From IMG/VR virus record IMGVR_UViG_3300042876_000282, positions 23,238-87,237 of that record: 64,000 nt of DNA; one strand, given 5' to 3'. The notes beneath the pieces were generated by a model. That model was not told the DNA's origin. It did no database searches and worked only from the letters and a program-made list of their open reading frames with translations. This document shows, piece after piece, positions 19,768 through 28,539 of this stretch (position 1 is the first letter of the stretch; each line of letters begins with the position of its first letter). Made by a program: the position numbers and the translations under genes. Source of the DNA: a virus.

Positions 19768-20514
19768 ATGGGTAGCGCGCACGATCACGACGAACACGAT
19801 CCCGACTACGAAGCCGAACGCGGCTACGAAGAGGGGCACGACGCGACTCCGCGCCGGCGACGGCGGAAGGTCTCGTCGGCGGAAGCCGCGGCAGCGGCGG
19901 CGGCGATCATCCCGGATGGTCCGCGACCGCCGGTCGAGACTCGCGCGGCGACGTCCAGCGGGGCCGAGAAGGGCGGCGACGACGTCGAGACGGGCGAGGG
20001 TAGCGGCTCGCCGGTCGCGGGCGCTGGCGAAGCCGTGGGCGGCGCGTGGGGGCGCATCGTCGAGACCGTCTACGCGCTCAACCCCGAGGACACCTACGCG
20101 CGGCTCGTGTCGGACCTCCGACTCGGGACCGACGCGACGAGCTACGGCGCGGTGCTCCCCGCGCTCGACCGCGCGGAGCGGAACTACTTCGACGCGGTGC
20201 GGCTCGCTCGTATGGCGAAGCTCGAAGACGAAGAGGTCACGCGCGCTGCGAACTCCGAACTCGAAATTCTTCGCACGACCGCGCGCGCAGAACTCGACGC
20301 GGAGAAGGCGAGCGGCAAGCGCTCGAAGGCTCCGACGATCCAGGACGTCGAAGACCGGATCCTCGCCAACTGGCCCGACCGAAGCTCGCGGCTCGCGCGC
20401 AAGCGCGCGGCGATGCACGGCGCGCTGCGGTCGGTCGAGGGGCTCGTCGACGCGTGGCGCTCGCGGTGCTCGACGCTGCGAGTGATCGCGGAGAAAGTTT
20501 CGCCGAACCGCTGA
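19768..20514 (+). CDS. Helical protein, possibly UvsY-like recombination mediator
   Basis: Coiled-coil C-terminus ('K.PT..DVE..I ... LVDAW.SR..TLR'), located before SSB/RecA. Confidence 0.4.
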   Translation: MGSAHDHDEHDPDYEAERGYEEGHDATPRRRRRKVSSAEAAAAAAAIIPDGPRPPVETRAATSSGAEKGGDDVETGEGSGSPVAGAGEAVGGAWGRIVETVYALNPEDTYARLVSDLRLGTDATSYGAVLPALDRAERNYFDAVRLARMAKLEDEEVTRAANSELEILRTTARAELDAEKASGKRSKAPTIQDVEDRILANWPDRSSRLARKRAAMHGALRSVEGLVDAWRSRCSTLRVIAEKVSPNR

Positions 20515-20594
20515 GTTCGGCGGATGATAGAGACGACGACCGGCAAAGCCGAACCGAACGACGACACGAAGACGAACACGAACGAGGTAGGTAT

Positions 20595-21968
20595 ATGGGT
20601 TTGCTCGATGGGTTCCTGAGTGACACGGGCCGCGGTGGTTCCGCATGGCTCTCGAAGTGGAAGGACGCGGGGAAGATCGTGGTCTGGCTCCACACGAAGA
20701 CGAGCCCGGTGAAGGTCTACGCGCATTCATTCATCATCGAAGACGAGATCAAGGACGACGAGAGCGGGCGGAAGAAGAAGATCCTCCGCTTCCCGAAGTT
20801 CGTCGGTCCCGACTCCGCGGAGGTCTACGATAAGCAGTTCTTCCGGAACCGCGACCACGGCGGACCGGAGCGCGCGCCGGATCGGGATCCGTTCCTGATC
20901 CTCCGCGAGTGGCTCCGCGTGAAGTGCGAAGCCGGCGACCTCGCGCACGACGACGCGGTCTTCGAGTGGACCGATCACAAGAACTCGGCGATCATCAAGT
21001 GGACCGCCGGCGAACTCTCGGGGCTCGTGAAGACGGGGAAGCGCAACTTCAACCACACGCTCGCGGCGAAGTGCGAGTACATCCTCGCGGTGGTCGACGA
21101 CGCGCATCCGGACAAGGGCGCGCAGATCGCGCGCGAGTCGAAGCTCCTCGGGGACAAGCTCCGCGAAGAGATCAAGAATCAGATCGAGAGCGACGGCGAC
21201 GACGGCAATCCGGAGACGAACCCGTACGCGTTCAAGTGGACGTTCGACGGTGGCGCCGCGGTCGCGAACATGTATGGGGTGTCGCGCTTCAACCGCGCGA
21301 AGCTCACTCCCGAGATCCGCGACGCGCTCGAATCCGATCCGCCGGACATCGCGAAGTACGCGGAGGTTCACCCCGACGACATGACGAAGATCCGTGCGGC
21401 GTTCGAGGCGGCAGCGCAGATCGATCTCCCGCTCGATCAGATCTTCTCGGAGGATCCCGCGGTGCGTCGCGCGATCATGCGCGGTGACGTCGTGAAGAGC
21501 GGCGGGACCGCGGGGCGCCGTGCCCCCGAGCGTGAGCGCGCGAAGTCGCACGACGACGAGCCCGCACCGGCAGCGCGTACGCGCAAGGTCGAGCGCGCGA
21601 CCGAGACCGACGACGAGCCCGAGCCCGCGCCGGCGACGCGTACGCGGAAGCGGAAGGAAGAGCCGAAGCCCGAGCCGAAGCGCATCCCGTGCGACGAGTG
21701 CGGGCACATGATGCTCCCGACGGAGTCGAAGTGTCCGAAGTGCGGAGCCGAGTACGAGGTCGACGGCGACGCCGCTCCGACTCCCGAGCCGGCGAAGCCC
21801 GCGGCGAAGCCGACGACGAAGGCAGCGGCGAAGCCCGCGGACGACGACGACGAGCCCGCGGCGAAGTCGTGCTGGTCGTGCGGCTCGACGAAGATCAAGA
21901 AGAACGCGGACGGTGACGAGGTGTGCGCCAACTGCGGCGTGGACATCGGCGACGATATCCCGTTCTGA
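20595..21968 (+). CDS. Single-stranded DNA-binding protein-like with C-terminal Zn ribbons
   Basis: Ends in the acidic tip DDIPF; CDEC/CPKC and CWSC/CANC; located next to RecA. Confidence 0.65.
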   Translation: MGLLDGFLSDTGRGGSAWLSKWKDAGKIVVWLHTKTSPVKVYAHSFIIEDEIKDDESGRKKKILRFPKFVGPDSAEVYDKQFFRNRDHGGPERAPDRDPFLILREWLRVKCEAGDLAHDDAVFEWTDHKNSAIIKWTAGELSGLVKTGKRNFNHTLAAKCEYILAVVDDAHPDKGAQIARESKLLGDKLREEIKNQIESDGDDGNPETNPYAFKWTFDGGAAVANMYGVSRFNRAKLTPEIRDALESDPPDIAKYAEVHPDDMTKIRAAFEAAAQIDLPLDQIFSEDPAVRRAIMRGDVVKSGGTAGRRAPERERAKSHDDEPAPAARTRKVERATETDDEPEPAPATRTRKRKEEPKPEPKRIPCDECGHMMLPTESKCPKCGAEYEVDGDAAPTPEPAKPAAKPTTKAAAKPADDDDEPAAKSCWSCGSTKIKKNADGDEVCANCGVDIGDDIPF

Positions 21969-21992
21969 ACGCAGCGCGGAAGCGCTCGACCG

Positions 21993-22036
21993 ACCTCGAA
22001 CGGTTCACGCGGGTTCGATTCCCGCACGAGGTTCCG
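21993..22036 (+). ncRNA. Mini tRNA-like element 1 (acceptor + T-arm, no anticodon arm)
   Basis: ACCTCGA-ACGGTTCAC-GCGGG TTCGATT CCCGC-ACGAGGT-T-CCG. Confidence 0.55.
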
Positions 22037-22060
22037 CACGTCCTAAACACGGAGATCACG

Positions 22061-23194
22061 ATGGCGAAGACGCGAACGAAGACGACGAAGACGAAGCCCG
22101 AGAAGGGCGAGGGGCTCGACCTCGCGAAGCTCCCCGCGCCGGTCGAGAAGCCGCGCGGGATCGGCGCGTTGCCGAAGGGCTGGCAGACTGCCGACGACGT
22201 TCTCGATCGTGTGCGCGCGGTGCCGACTCGGTTCGCCGACTTCAATCGCGGATCGCGAGTCGGCGGTCTCCCGGTGCGTCGGATTCATACCGTGCACGGG
22301 CCGACGCACGGAGGGAAGACGGCGTTCGTCGGTGGGCTCGTCGAGTCGTTCGTGTCGCAGGGGCATGTCGGCGCGTACGTCGACGCGGAGCACGCGACAC
22401 CGAACGAGTTCTTCGAGGAACTTTTCCGGAAGCCGCTCCGCGACGTGCCGAACTTCCTCGCGGACCGACCGAAGAGCTACGAGGAAACGATCGACAAGGT
22501 CGACACGTTCCTGCGATGGGTCGCGGACGAAAAGAAGAGCGCTCCCGACCTCGCGTCGATTCTCGTCGTCGACTCGATCAACAAGCTCGTGCCGGAGCGC
22601 GAACTCGAAAAGCTCCGGAAGGAAGGCGCGGACGCGATCGACAAGGGATGGGGTCGCTATCGCGCTGCGATGAATCAGGCGTGGCTCGACCACCTCACGC
22701 CGATGCTCGCGGCCGCGGATTGCGCGCTCGTCGTGATCGCGCAGGAACGCGACGAGCAAGAGCAGGGCTTCGGCTATCAGGAAGAGTTCAAGGTCAAGGG
22801 CGGCGCGGCGTTGCTCTTCGACGCGTCGATGGTCATGCGCGTGAGCAAGGGCACGGCGATCAAAGAAGGCGAAGGAAAGGACGCGAAGATCTACGGATTC
22901 CGGCATCGGGTTCGGATCTGGAAGTCGAAGGTCGCGCACATGGACGGGCGCTATACCGACATCGCTTTCCACCTCTCGAACGGCTCGCTCACGCCGGCAG
23001 GCTTCGACGTCGCTCGCGACTTGCTCCACGTCGGGCGCGTGGTCGGAGTGATCGAAGCCGCGGGTTCTTGGCTCTCGTTCGCGAAGCGACGCTGGCAGGG
23101 TGAGCAGCGCGCGATCCTCGCGATCGCCGAAGACGAGTCGATCCAGGTCGCGCTCCGTTCCGCGATCGACAACGTGATCCGGAAGGTGACGTGA
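22061..23194 (+). CDS. recA: RecA/UvsX-like recombinase
   Basis: GGLP..RI..VHGP.HGGKT, YVDAEHA, VVDSI..LVP..E, GG.AL.F.AS, KSKVA. Confidence 0.9.
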   Translation: MAKTRTKTTKTKPEKGEGLDLAKLPAPVEKPRGIGALPKGWQTADDVLDRVRAVPTRFADFNRGSRVGGLPVRRIHTVHGPTHGGKTAFVGGLVESFVSQGHVGAYVDAEHATPNEFFEELFRKPLRDVPNFLADRPKSYEETIDKVDTFLRWVADEKKSAPDLASILVVDSINKLVPERELEKLRKEGADAIDKGWGRYRAAMNQAWLDHLTPMLAAADCALVVIAQERDEQEQGFGYQEEFKVKGGAALLFDASMVMRVSKGTAIKEGEGKDAKIYGFRHRVRIWKSKVAHMDGRYTDIAFHLSNGSLTPAGFDVARDLLHVGRVVGVIEAAGSWLSFAKRRWQGEQRAILAIAEDESIQVALRSAIDNVIRKVT

Positions 23195-23448
23195 TGGCGA
23201 AGGGTGCAGGCAAGCGACCGAGTGCACGTCGGCGCGATCGTGCGGACGAGGAACTCGAACGGCTCCGCGCGATCGACCGCTCGGGGTACGCGGAGATCGT
23301 GATCGTCACGGATCTCGACGACGACGAGCCGACGGCGCTGATCGTCAACGGTGTTCCGCACGTCGAGGTCGAAGGGCGCGACGTGGTCGCGGTGCTCCGC
23401 AAGTTCGCCGATCTTCTCGAAGCGTCACGCTCGGAGGTCGTGTCGTGA
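23191..23448 (+). CDS. Hypothetical protein
   Basis: Coupled ORF between recA and the HNH gene. Confidence 0.5.
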   Translation: MMAKGAGKRPSARRRDRADEELERLRAIDRSGYAEIVIVTDLDDDEPTALIVNGVPHVEVEGRDVVAVLRKFADLLEASRSEVVS

Positions 23449-23891
23449 ACGACACCGCTCGATTCCACACGAAGACGCGGCTCGTTCAGTCGGGTTGCAT
23501 CGAATGGACCGGCGCGACGCGCAACGGCTACGGGCATTTCGCGATGCCCGGTGGTCCGGTGTACGCGCATCGGTACGCGTTCGAGACCGTGCACGGTCCG
23601 ATCCCGAAGGGGTTCGATATCTGCCACAAGTGCGACAATCGACGATGCGTCAACGTCGAGCACCTCTTCCTCGGTACGCGTGCCGATAACATGGCCGACG
23701 CCAAGCGGAAGGGTCGCACGACGGCGGGCGAGAAGCATGGTCGCGCGAAGATCTGCGATGCGGTGGTTCGGGAGATCCGTTCGCTACGAAAGCAGGGCCA
23801 GACGTTTCAAGGCATCGCGGATCGATTCTCGGTTAGCACGGCGACGGTATCGAACATCCTCACGGGGAAAAGCTGGGGGCACGTACGATGA
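23445..23891 (+). CDS. HNH endonuclease with C-terminal HTH
   Basis: GCIEWTG..NGYG, AHR, CHKCDNRRCVN.EHL.LGT..DN..D. Confidence 0.9.
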   Translation: MNDTARFHTKTRLVQSGCIEWTGATRNGYGHFAMPGGPVYAHRYAFETVHGPIPKGFDICHKCDNRRCVNVEHLFLGTRADNMADAKRKGRTTAGEKHGRAKICDAVVREIRSLRKQGQTFQGIADRFSVSTATVSNILTGKSWGHVR

Positions 23892-24646
23892 AAGCTCTTT
23901 TGTCGAGCGACTGGCACATCGACGCGTCGACTGCCGGCGTCGAACGCTTCGATGAACTCGCGGCGTACGTCGACACGATCGCGACCGCTGCGACCGCGGA
24001 GGGCGTCGACGTCGTGTGCTTCGGTGGCGACGCGTTCGATCCGGGCTCGCTCCACGAATCGAAGTGGTCGGCATTCATGGTGCGCGCCGCTGCGAAGCTC
24101 GCGAGCGCTGCGAAGTACGGCGCGGTCCTGATCCCTGGGAACCATGACGTGCTCGACGTCTCCGAACCGTGCTCGGTTCTCTCCCCGCTCGCGGCAGCGG
24201 TCGAGAGCTTCGACGTCAACGGCGTCGTGCTCGCGGAGCTTCCGCGATGGATCGAGATCCACGGCAGCGACGGCGGCGTGCTCGCGCTCCCGTACGTGTC
24301 GCGCGCGGTCGAGCGGACCGAGGTCTACCGCTCGACGCTGGCGAAGGCGATGGGCGAAGCGCGCGAAGCGCGCGAGCGTGGCGCGAAGGTGCTCGCGCTC
24401 GGGCACTACACGATCCCCGGAATCGATCCCGGTAGCGAGGGCGAGATGGTTCGCGGTCGCGATCTTCTCTTCCCGTCGGCGATGCTCCGCGAAGTGCGAC
24501 CGACGTTGATCACGAACGGGCACTACCACGCGCAGCAGACGCACACCGTCGACGGGCTCCGCGTCGAGATCATCGGCGCGCCGGTGCGCTTCACGTTCGG
24601 CGAACGCGACGACGGTCCGCGCGGCTTCCTACTGGCGGAGGTGTGA
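23888..24646 (+). CDS. SbcD/Mre11-like metallophosphoesterase (nuclease domain only)
   Basis: SDWH, GDAFD, GNHD, GH, GHYH, F.FGE. Confidence 0.9.
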   Translation: MKALLSSDWHIDASTAGVERFDELAAYVDTIATAATAEGVDVVCFGGDAFDPGSLHESKWSAFMVRAAAKLASAAKYGAVLIPGNHDVLDVSEPCSVLSPLAAAVESFDVNGVVLAELPRWIEIHGSDGGVLALPYVSRAVERTEVYRSTLAKAMGEAREARERGAKVLALGHYTIPGIDPGSEGEMVRGRDLLFPSAMLREVRPTLITNGHYHAQQTHTVDGLRVEIIGAPVRFTFGERDDGPRGFLLAEV

Positions 24647-24879
24647 TCGTGGGCAAACGACAAGACATGTTCGAGGTCTTCCGCGCGTTGTGGGAACTCG
24701 CGATCGCGGTTCTCAACCTCGGCATCCACGGGTTCGTGATCTGGAATCTCTTCGCGATCGTGACGTCGGAGCGTGGAAGCGTGGACGAGCACAACGCGAT
24801 CCGCGGCGCGGTGTCGTGGATCCTCGTGCTCTCAATCTCGACGTACGCTCGCGTCGCGAAAATGGAGAGCAAGCGATGA
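24643..24879 (+). CDS. Small two-TM membrane protein
   Basis: Two hydrophobic helices; overlaps both neighbours by 4 nt. Confidence 0.5.
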   Translation: MIVGKRQDMFEVFRALWELAIAVLNLGIHGFVIWNLFAIVTSERGSVDEHNAIRGAVSWILVLSISTYARVAKMESKR

Positions 24880-25625
24880 AGACCCGCACGCGAAAGCCGA
24901 AGGCGGCTCCGCTCTTCGATCGTCCGGACGAGACCGAGCCGTTCGAGTCGTTCCCGCTCATGGGTACGCATTGTGGCGCGTGCGGCGAACCGCAACGTAT
25001 GACGCCGGGCGGTGCGTCGTGCGCGAACGGACACGGCGGTGCGGCAGCGCTCGAAGACACTCGGGCACCGATGCCGGGCTCGACGCCGGCGACACGAACG
25101 CACGTCGACTCCGTCGCGGTGATCGCGTCGGCGTACGCGGAAGCGTCGAAGGTGTTCGGGTTCGCGGTGTCTCCGACGAAGACACGCGCCTACCACGATC
25201 CCGAGACACCGAACGCGAAGAGGCCGGCGACCGCGGCTCACTTCGAGGGCGTTCGGCTCTTCGAGGTTCCGACGACGCCGCTCGTGCAGATCGACCGCTG
25301 GCCGATGCCGGCCGGGCTCGACGTACGCGGCGCGCTCGTGAAGCTCTCTCCGGTGATCAAGTCGAGCGAGCGCGCGGGCTTCGATGCTGCGAGCGCGAAG
25401 CGCGAACTTCTCGCCGCTGGCGCGCTCGCGGTCTCACTCGCGCCGAAGGTCGTTCCCGATGGCATCGTGACGTCGCGGCGCGATGCTGCGATCCGACGTG
25501 CGGCGGCTCCGCACGATGCGATCTCCGCGTGGTTCGAGACCGCCGCGGGGCTCGACGCAGGGCAACGGGCAGCGGCAACGGATGCCGCGCTCGCGATCTA
25601 CGACTCCGCGCTCGCGGCGAAGTAG
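24876..25625 (+). CDS. Hypothetical protein; C-half resembles an SbcD C-terminal domain
   Basis: N-terminal CGAC..C..H; 'LFEVPTTPLVQID...DVRGALVKL...RELLAAGA..V...P'. Confidence 0.45.
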   Translation: MKTRTRKPKAAPLFDRPDETEPFESFPLMGTHCGACGEPQRMTPGGASCANGHGGAAALEDTRAPMPGSTPATRTHVDSVAVIASAYAEASKVFGFAVSPTKTRAYHDPETPNAKRPATAAHFEGVRLFEVPTTPLVQIDRWPMPAGLDVRGALVKLSPVIKSSERAGFDAASAKRELLAAGALAVSLAPKVVPDGIVTSRRDAAIRRAAAPHDAISAWFETAAGLDAGQRAAATDAALAIYDSALAAK

Positions 25626-25651
25626 GCGAACAAAGCAGGGAAGGTGTAGAC

Positions 25652-26032
25652 ATGGCAAAGAAGATGGACCCCAACGTCAAGATCACGAACGCGATTTCGG
25701 ATGCGCTCTTCGCGGTGGTGCGTGCGAGCAACTCCGATCCCGCCGGGCTCGTGATCTCGAAGGGCGGTCGCTCCGCTCTTCAACGGATCAAGTCGCTCGC
25801 GGACGCGATCACCGTTCCGACCGACGCCGACGTCGAGCGGATCGCGCACGAGCGCAAGCTCGCGCTCGCCGCGTTCGCGCTCAAGGCGAAGGCGAAGGCC
25901 GACCGCGAGAAGGCGAAGGCCAAGCGCGCGAAGAACACCGCGGCCGCTGCGAAGCGCTCCGGCAAGCGCGGCAAGGCGAAGGCCGCGAAGCGCTCGAAGG
26001 CGAAGACCTCCGACGCGAACGCGACTCACTGA
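25652..26032 (+). CDS. Basic Lys/Ala-rich (histone-like) protein
   Basis: C-terminal KAKAK/KRSGKRGK low-complexity tail. Confidence 0.6.
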   Translation: MAKKMDPNVKITNAISDALFAVVRASNSDPAGLVISKGGRSALQRIKSLADAITVPTDADVERIAHERKLALAAFALKAKAKADREKAKAKRAKNTAAAAKRSGKRGKAKAAKRSKAKTSDANATH

Positions 26033-26041
26033 ACGAAGACG

Positions 26042-26087
26042 CCGCGGGATGGTCTTCGGCTGGGTTCGACTCCCGGCTCGCGGTCCG
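26042..26087 (+). ncRNA. Mini tRNA-like element 2 (acceptor + T-arm, no anticodon arm)
   Basis: CCGCGGG-ATGGTCTTCGG-CTGGG TTCGACT CCCGG-CTCGCGG-T-CCG. Confidence 0.6.
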
Positions 26088-26110
26088 ATGACGAAGAGCA
26101 GGGGAAGCCG

Positions 26111-28063
26111 ATGCGACTAACACGAATCACGTTCGAGGATTGGATGGCGTACGCCGGGGTGCAGGACGTCGAACTCCCGCCCGGTCCGATCGCGGTCGTC
26201 GCGCGCTACGTCGGCGATCCGCGGCGAAGCAATTGGGCAGGGAAGACCGCGCTTCTCGAAGCGATCGGATGGGCGCTCCATGGCACGCACCGGAAGCGGC
26301 TCGACGACGGGGTCATCCGCAACGGCTGCGAGTCGACCACGGTCCGGCTCGTGTTCGACAACGGCGTCGCGATCCGCCGAAGCCGCCGGCGCGGCAAGGC
26401 GTCAACGCTCGACGTCTCGATCGACAACGGCGCGACGATGCTCGAAGGATCGACCGCGCAGGATGCGATCGACCGCTTGCTCCGGCTCACGTCCGCCGAC
26501 CTCGAAGCGACGTCGTGGTTCAAACAAGGCGACGCCGAAGCGATCGTCGGGCAGACGAGCGGCAAGCGTCGCGCGGTCGTCGCGCGATGGCTCGAACTCG
26601 ACGCGTGGGATCGTGCGTTCGCGATGGCGAAGGCGAAGGCGGTGCAGGCTGCGACGAAGGTCGAGACCGAAGCGCGGGTCGTCGCGGAACTCACGGCGGC
26701 AGCGCTCGACGACGCGACCGCGGCAGCGCTCCGCGCCGAACGCGAACGGCTCGAAGGCGAAGCCGGCGTCTTCAACGCGGAGGCGACGCAGTCGAGCGCG
26801 TGGCGTTCGGTGCTCGACGCGGAACGGCAGGCGGAGATCCTCGCGGCGAACGCGCGCGACGCCGCGAACCGCGCACGCGAAGCACGAGCGGATGTCGCCG
26901 GGCTCGACAAGCCCGACGTCGACCTCGACGCGTTGCGACGCTCGCACGCGCAAGCCGAAGACTTCGTCGGCCGCGCGCGGCAGGATGAACGCGAAGCGCG
27001 CGCGCTCGTCGGCGGTGAGTTCGATGGGCGGTGCCCGGTCATGCGGGCGGCTTGTCCGGCCGCGGACCATGTTCGGGGTGCAGGCGACGCCGCACGCGCG
27101 CGACTCGCGGACGCGCGCGCCGCGATCGCGAAGCTCGAAGCGGTCGAGCGCGAGACCCGCGCGGACCTCGAAGTCGCGACGACGAAGAGCACGCGGCACG
27201 CTCGCGCGGTCGAGCGGTACAACGTCGCGCTCGACGCCGCACGCGGGGCGAAGGCACGGCTCGACGCGTTCGCGACTCCGTCGCCGGCGGAGGTCGAAGC
27301 CGCACGCGCGAAGCTCGAAGCCGCGGAGGCGGCGCGTGCTGAGTACGCGCGGGTGTCGCGTCGGCTGGGCGAGATCGATGCGACGCTCGACGGCGAACGG
27401 AAGCGACGCGCGCGGCTCGACGCCGCGAAGACGAAGGAAGCGGAAGCCGTGGCCGAACACGCGATCGCGATGCTCGTCTCGAAGGCGTTCGCTCCGTCGG
27501 GCATCCCGGCGCGCATCGCGGCGGAGCAACTTCTCGGGCTCGAAGAGCGGGCGAACGCGTTGCTCGCGGGCTCGGGGCTCTCGTTCACGTTCGGCTGGGA
27601 GCGCGAGCTTCGAGACCTCGCGCCAACCTGCGACGCGTGCGGGTTCACGTTCAAGGGGCAGCGCGAGAAGACGTGTCCGCGGTGCTCGACGCCGCGCGCG
27701 ATGAAGCGCACGGACGAGCTAGAGATCCTCGTCGACGACGGCAGCGGCGACCCCGAAGACGTCGGCGCGAAGTCGGGCGGGGCGAAGGTGCTCGTCGCAG
27801 CCGCGATTCGTCTCGCCGGTGGGATGATGCTTCGAGAGCTTCGAGGTTCTCCGGTGTCGTGGGCGGTGGTCGACGAGCCCTTCGGGTTCCTCGACGCGAC
27901 GAACCGCGAAGCGCTGGCGCGCACGTTCTCGGCGATGCTCGGGGCGGTCGGACTCGATCAAGCGTTCGTGGTCTCGCATGACGCCGCGCTGCTGGACTCG
28001 CTCCCGTCGCGGCTCGTGATCGTGCGAGACGGCGACGCGTCGCGCTTGGAGATCGAAGCGTGA
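26111..28063 (+). CDS. SbcC/Rad50-like SMC ATPase
   Basis: SNWAGKT, Q-loop FKQG, coiled coil, KSGG, VDEPFGFLD, VSH. Confidence 0.9.
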   Translation: MRLTRITFEDWMAYAGVQDVELPPGPIAVVARYVGDPRRSNWAGKTALLEAIGWALHGTHRKRLDDGVIRNGCESTTVRLVFDNGVAIRRSRRRGKASTLDVSIDNGATMLEGSTAQDAIDRLLRLTSADLEATSWFKQGDAEAIVGQTSGKRRAVVARWLELDAWDRAFAMAKAKAVQAATKVETEARVVAELTAAALDDATAAALRAERERLEGEAGVFNAEATQSSAWRSVLDAERQAEILAANARDAANRAREARADVAGLDKPDVDLDALRRSHAQAEDFVGRARQDEREARALVGGEFDGRCPVMRAACPAADHVRGAGDAARARLADARAAIAKLEAVERETRADLEVATTKSTRHARAVERYNVALDAARGAKARLDAFATPSPAEVEAARAKLEAAEAARAEYARVSRRLGEIDATLDGERKRRARLDAAKTKEAEAVAEHAIAMLVSKAFAPSGIPARIAAEQLLGLEERANALLAGSGLSFTFGWERELRDLAPTCDACGFTFKGQREKTCPRCSTPRAMKRTDELEILVDDGSGDPEDVGAKSGGAKVLVAAAIRLAGGMMLRELRGSPVSWAVVDEPFGFLDATNREALARTFSAMLGAVGLDQAFVVSHDAALLDSLPSRLVIVRDGDASRLEIEA

Positions 28064-28539
28064 ACGCGAAGACCTATGACCCCGCGAAGCTCTCGATCGA
28101 GATCAACGGGCTTCGCTTGAACCGAGAAAGCAGGGACGACATGGAAAGCAGACGACACGACCTCGCGCCGCTGGCGACGACCGAGACCTCGAAGCCGGCG
28201 ACGGCGACGACGAAGAACCGGAAACAGAAACGCGCGGAGCAAGCCGCGCACAATCGCGCGGTGCGCAAGCTCGGCGGTCCGACGATGGCGGCGGCGGGTG
28301 TGCTCTTGAAGCAACGCGCGGTGCTGGCGCGCTTGCTCTCCGCGATGGTGGCGAAGCACGGCGGCTCGGTGCGGCTCACGGTCGAAGACCTCGACGCCGC
28401 GCGCAACGTCGGGCTCGTCGCGGAGAAGAACGCGGAGGGCGAGCCGGTGCTGCTGATCGCGAACGGCGACGCGGGCGAGCCGCTCGGGATGTCGGTCGTC
28501 GACCTCGTCACCTTGCTCGCCATCGGTGGCAAGGCGTGA
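28060..28539 (+). CDS. Hypothetical protein
   Basis: Coupled ORF; alternative start ATG 28141. Confidence 0.55.
   Translation: MNAKTYDPAKLSIEINGLRLNRESRDDMESRRHDLAPLATTETSKPATATTKNRKQKRAEQAAHNRAVRKLGGPTMAAAGVLLKQRAVLARLLSAMVAKHGGSVRLTVEDLDAARNVGLVAEKNAEGEPVLLIANGDAGEPLGMSVVDLVTLLAIGGKA

Noticed and set aside
23445-23891. Intron-encoded HNH
   Set aside because: Free-standing and translationally coupled to both neighbours; no interrupted host gene or intron core seen.
21961-26090. Canonical tRNA genes at the two GGTTCGA.TCC motifs
   Set aside because: Only 9-11 nt separate the acceptor 5' strand from the T-arm, leaving no room for D and anticodon arms; reported as mini-tRNA-like elements instead.
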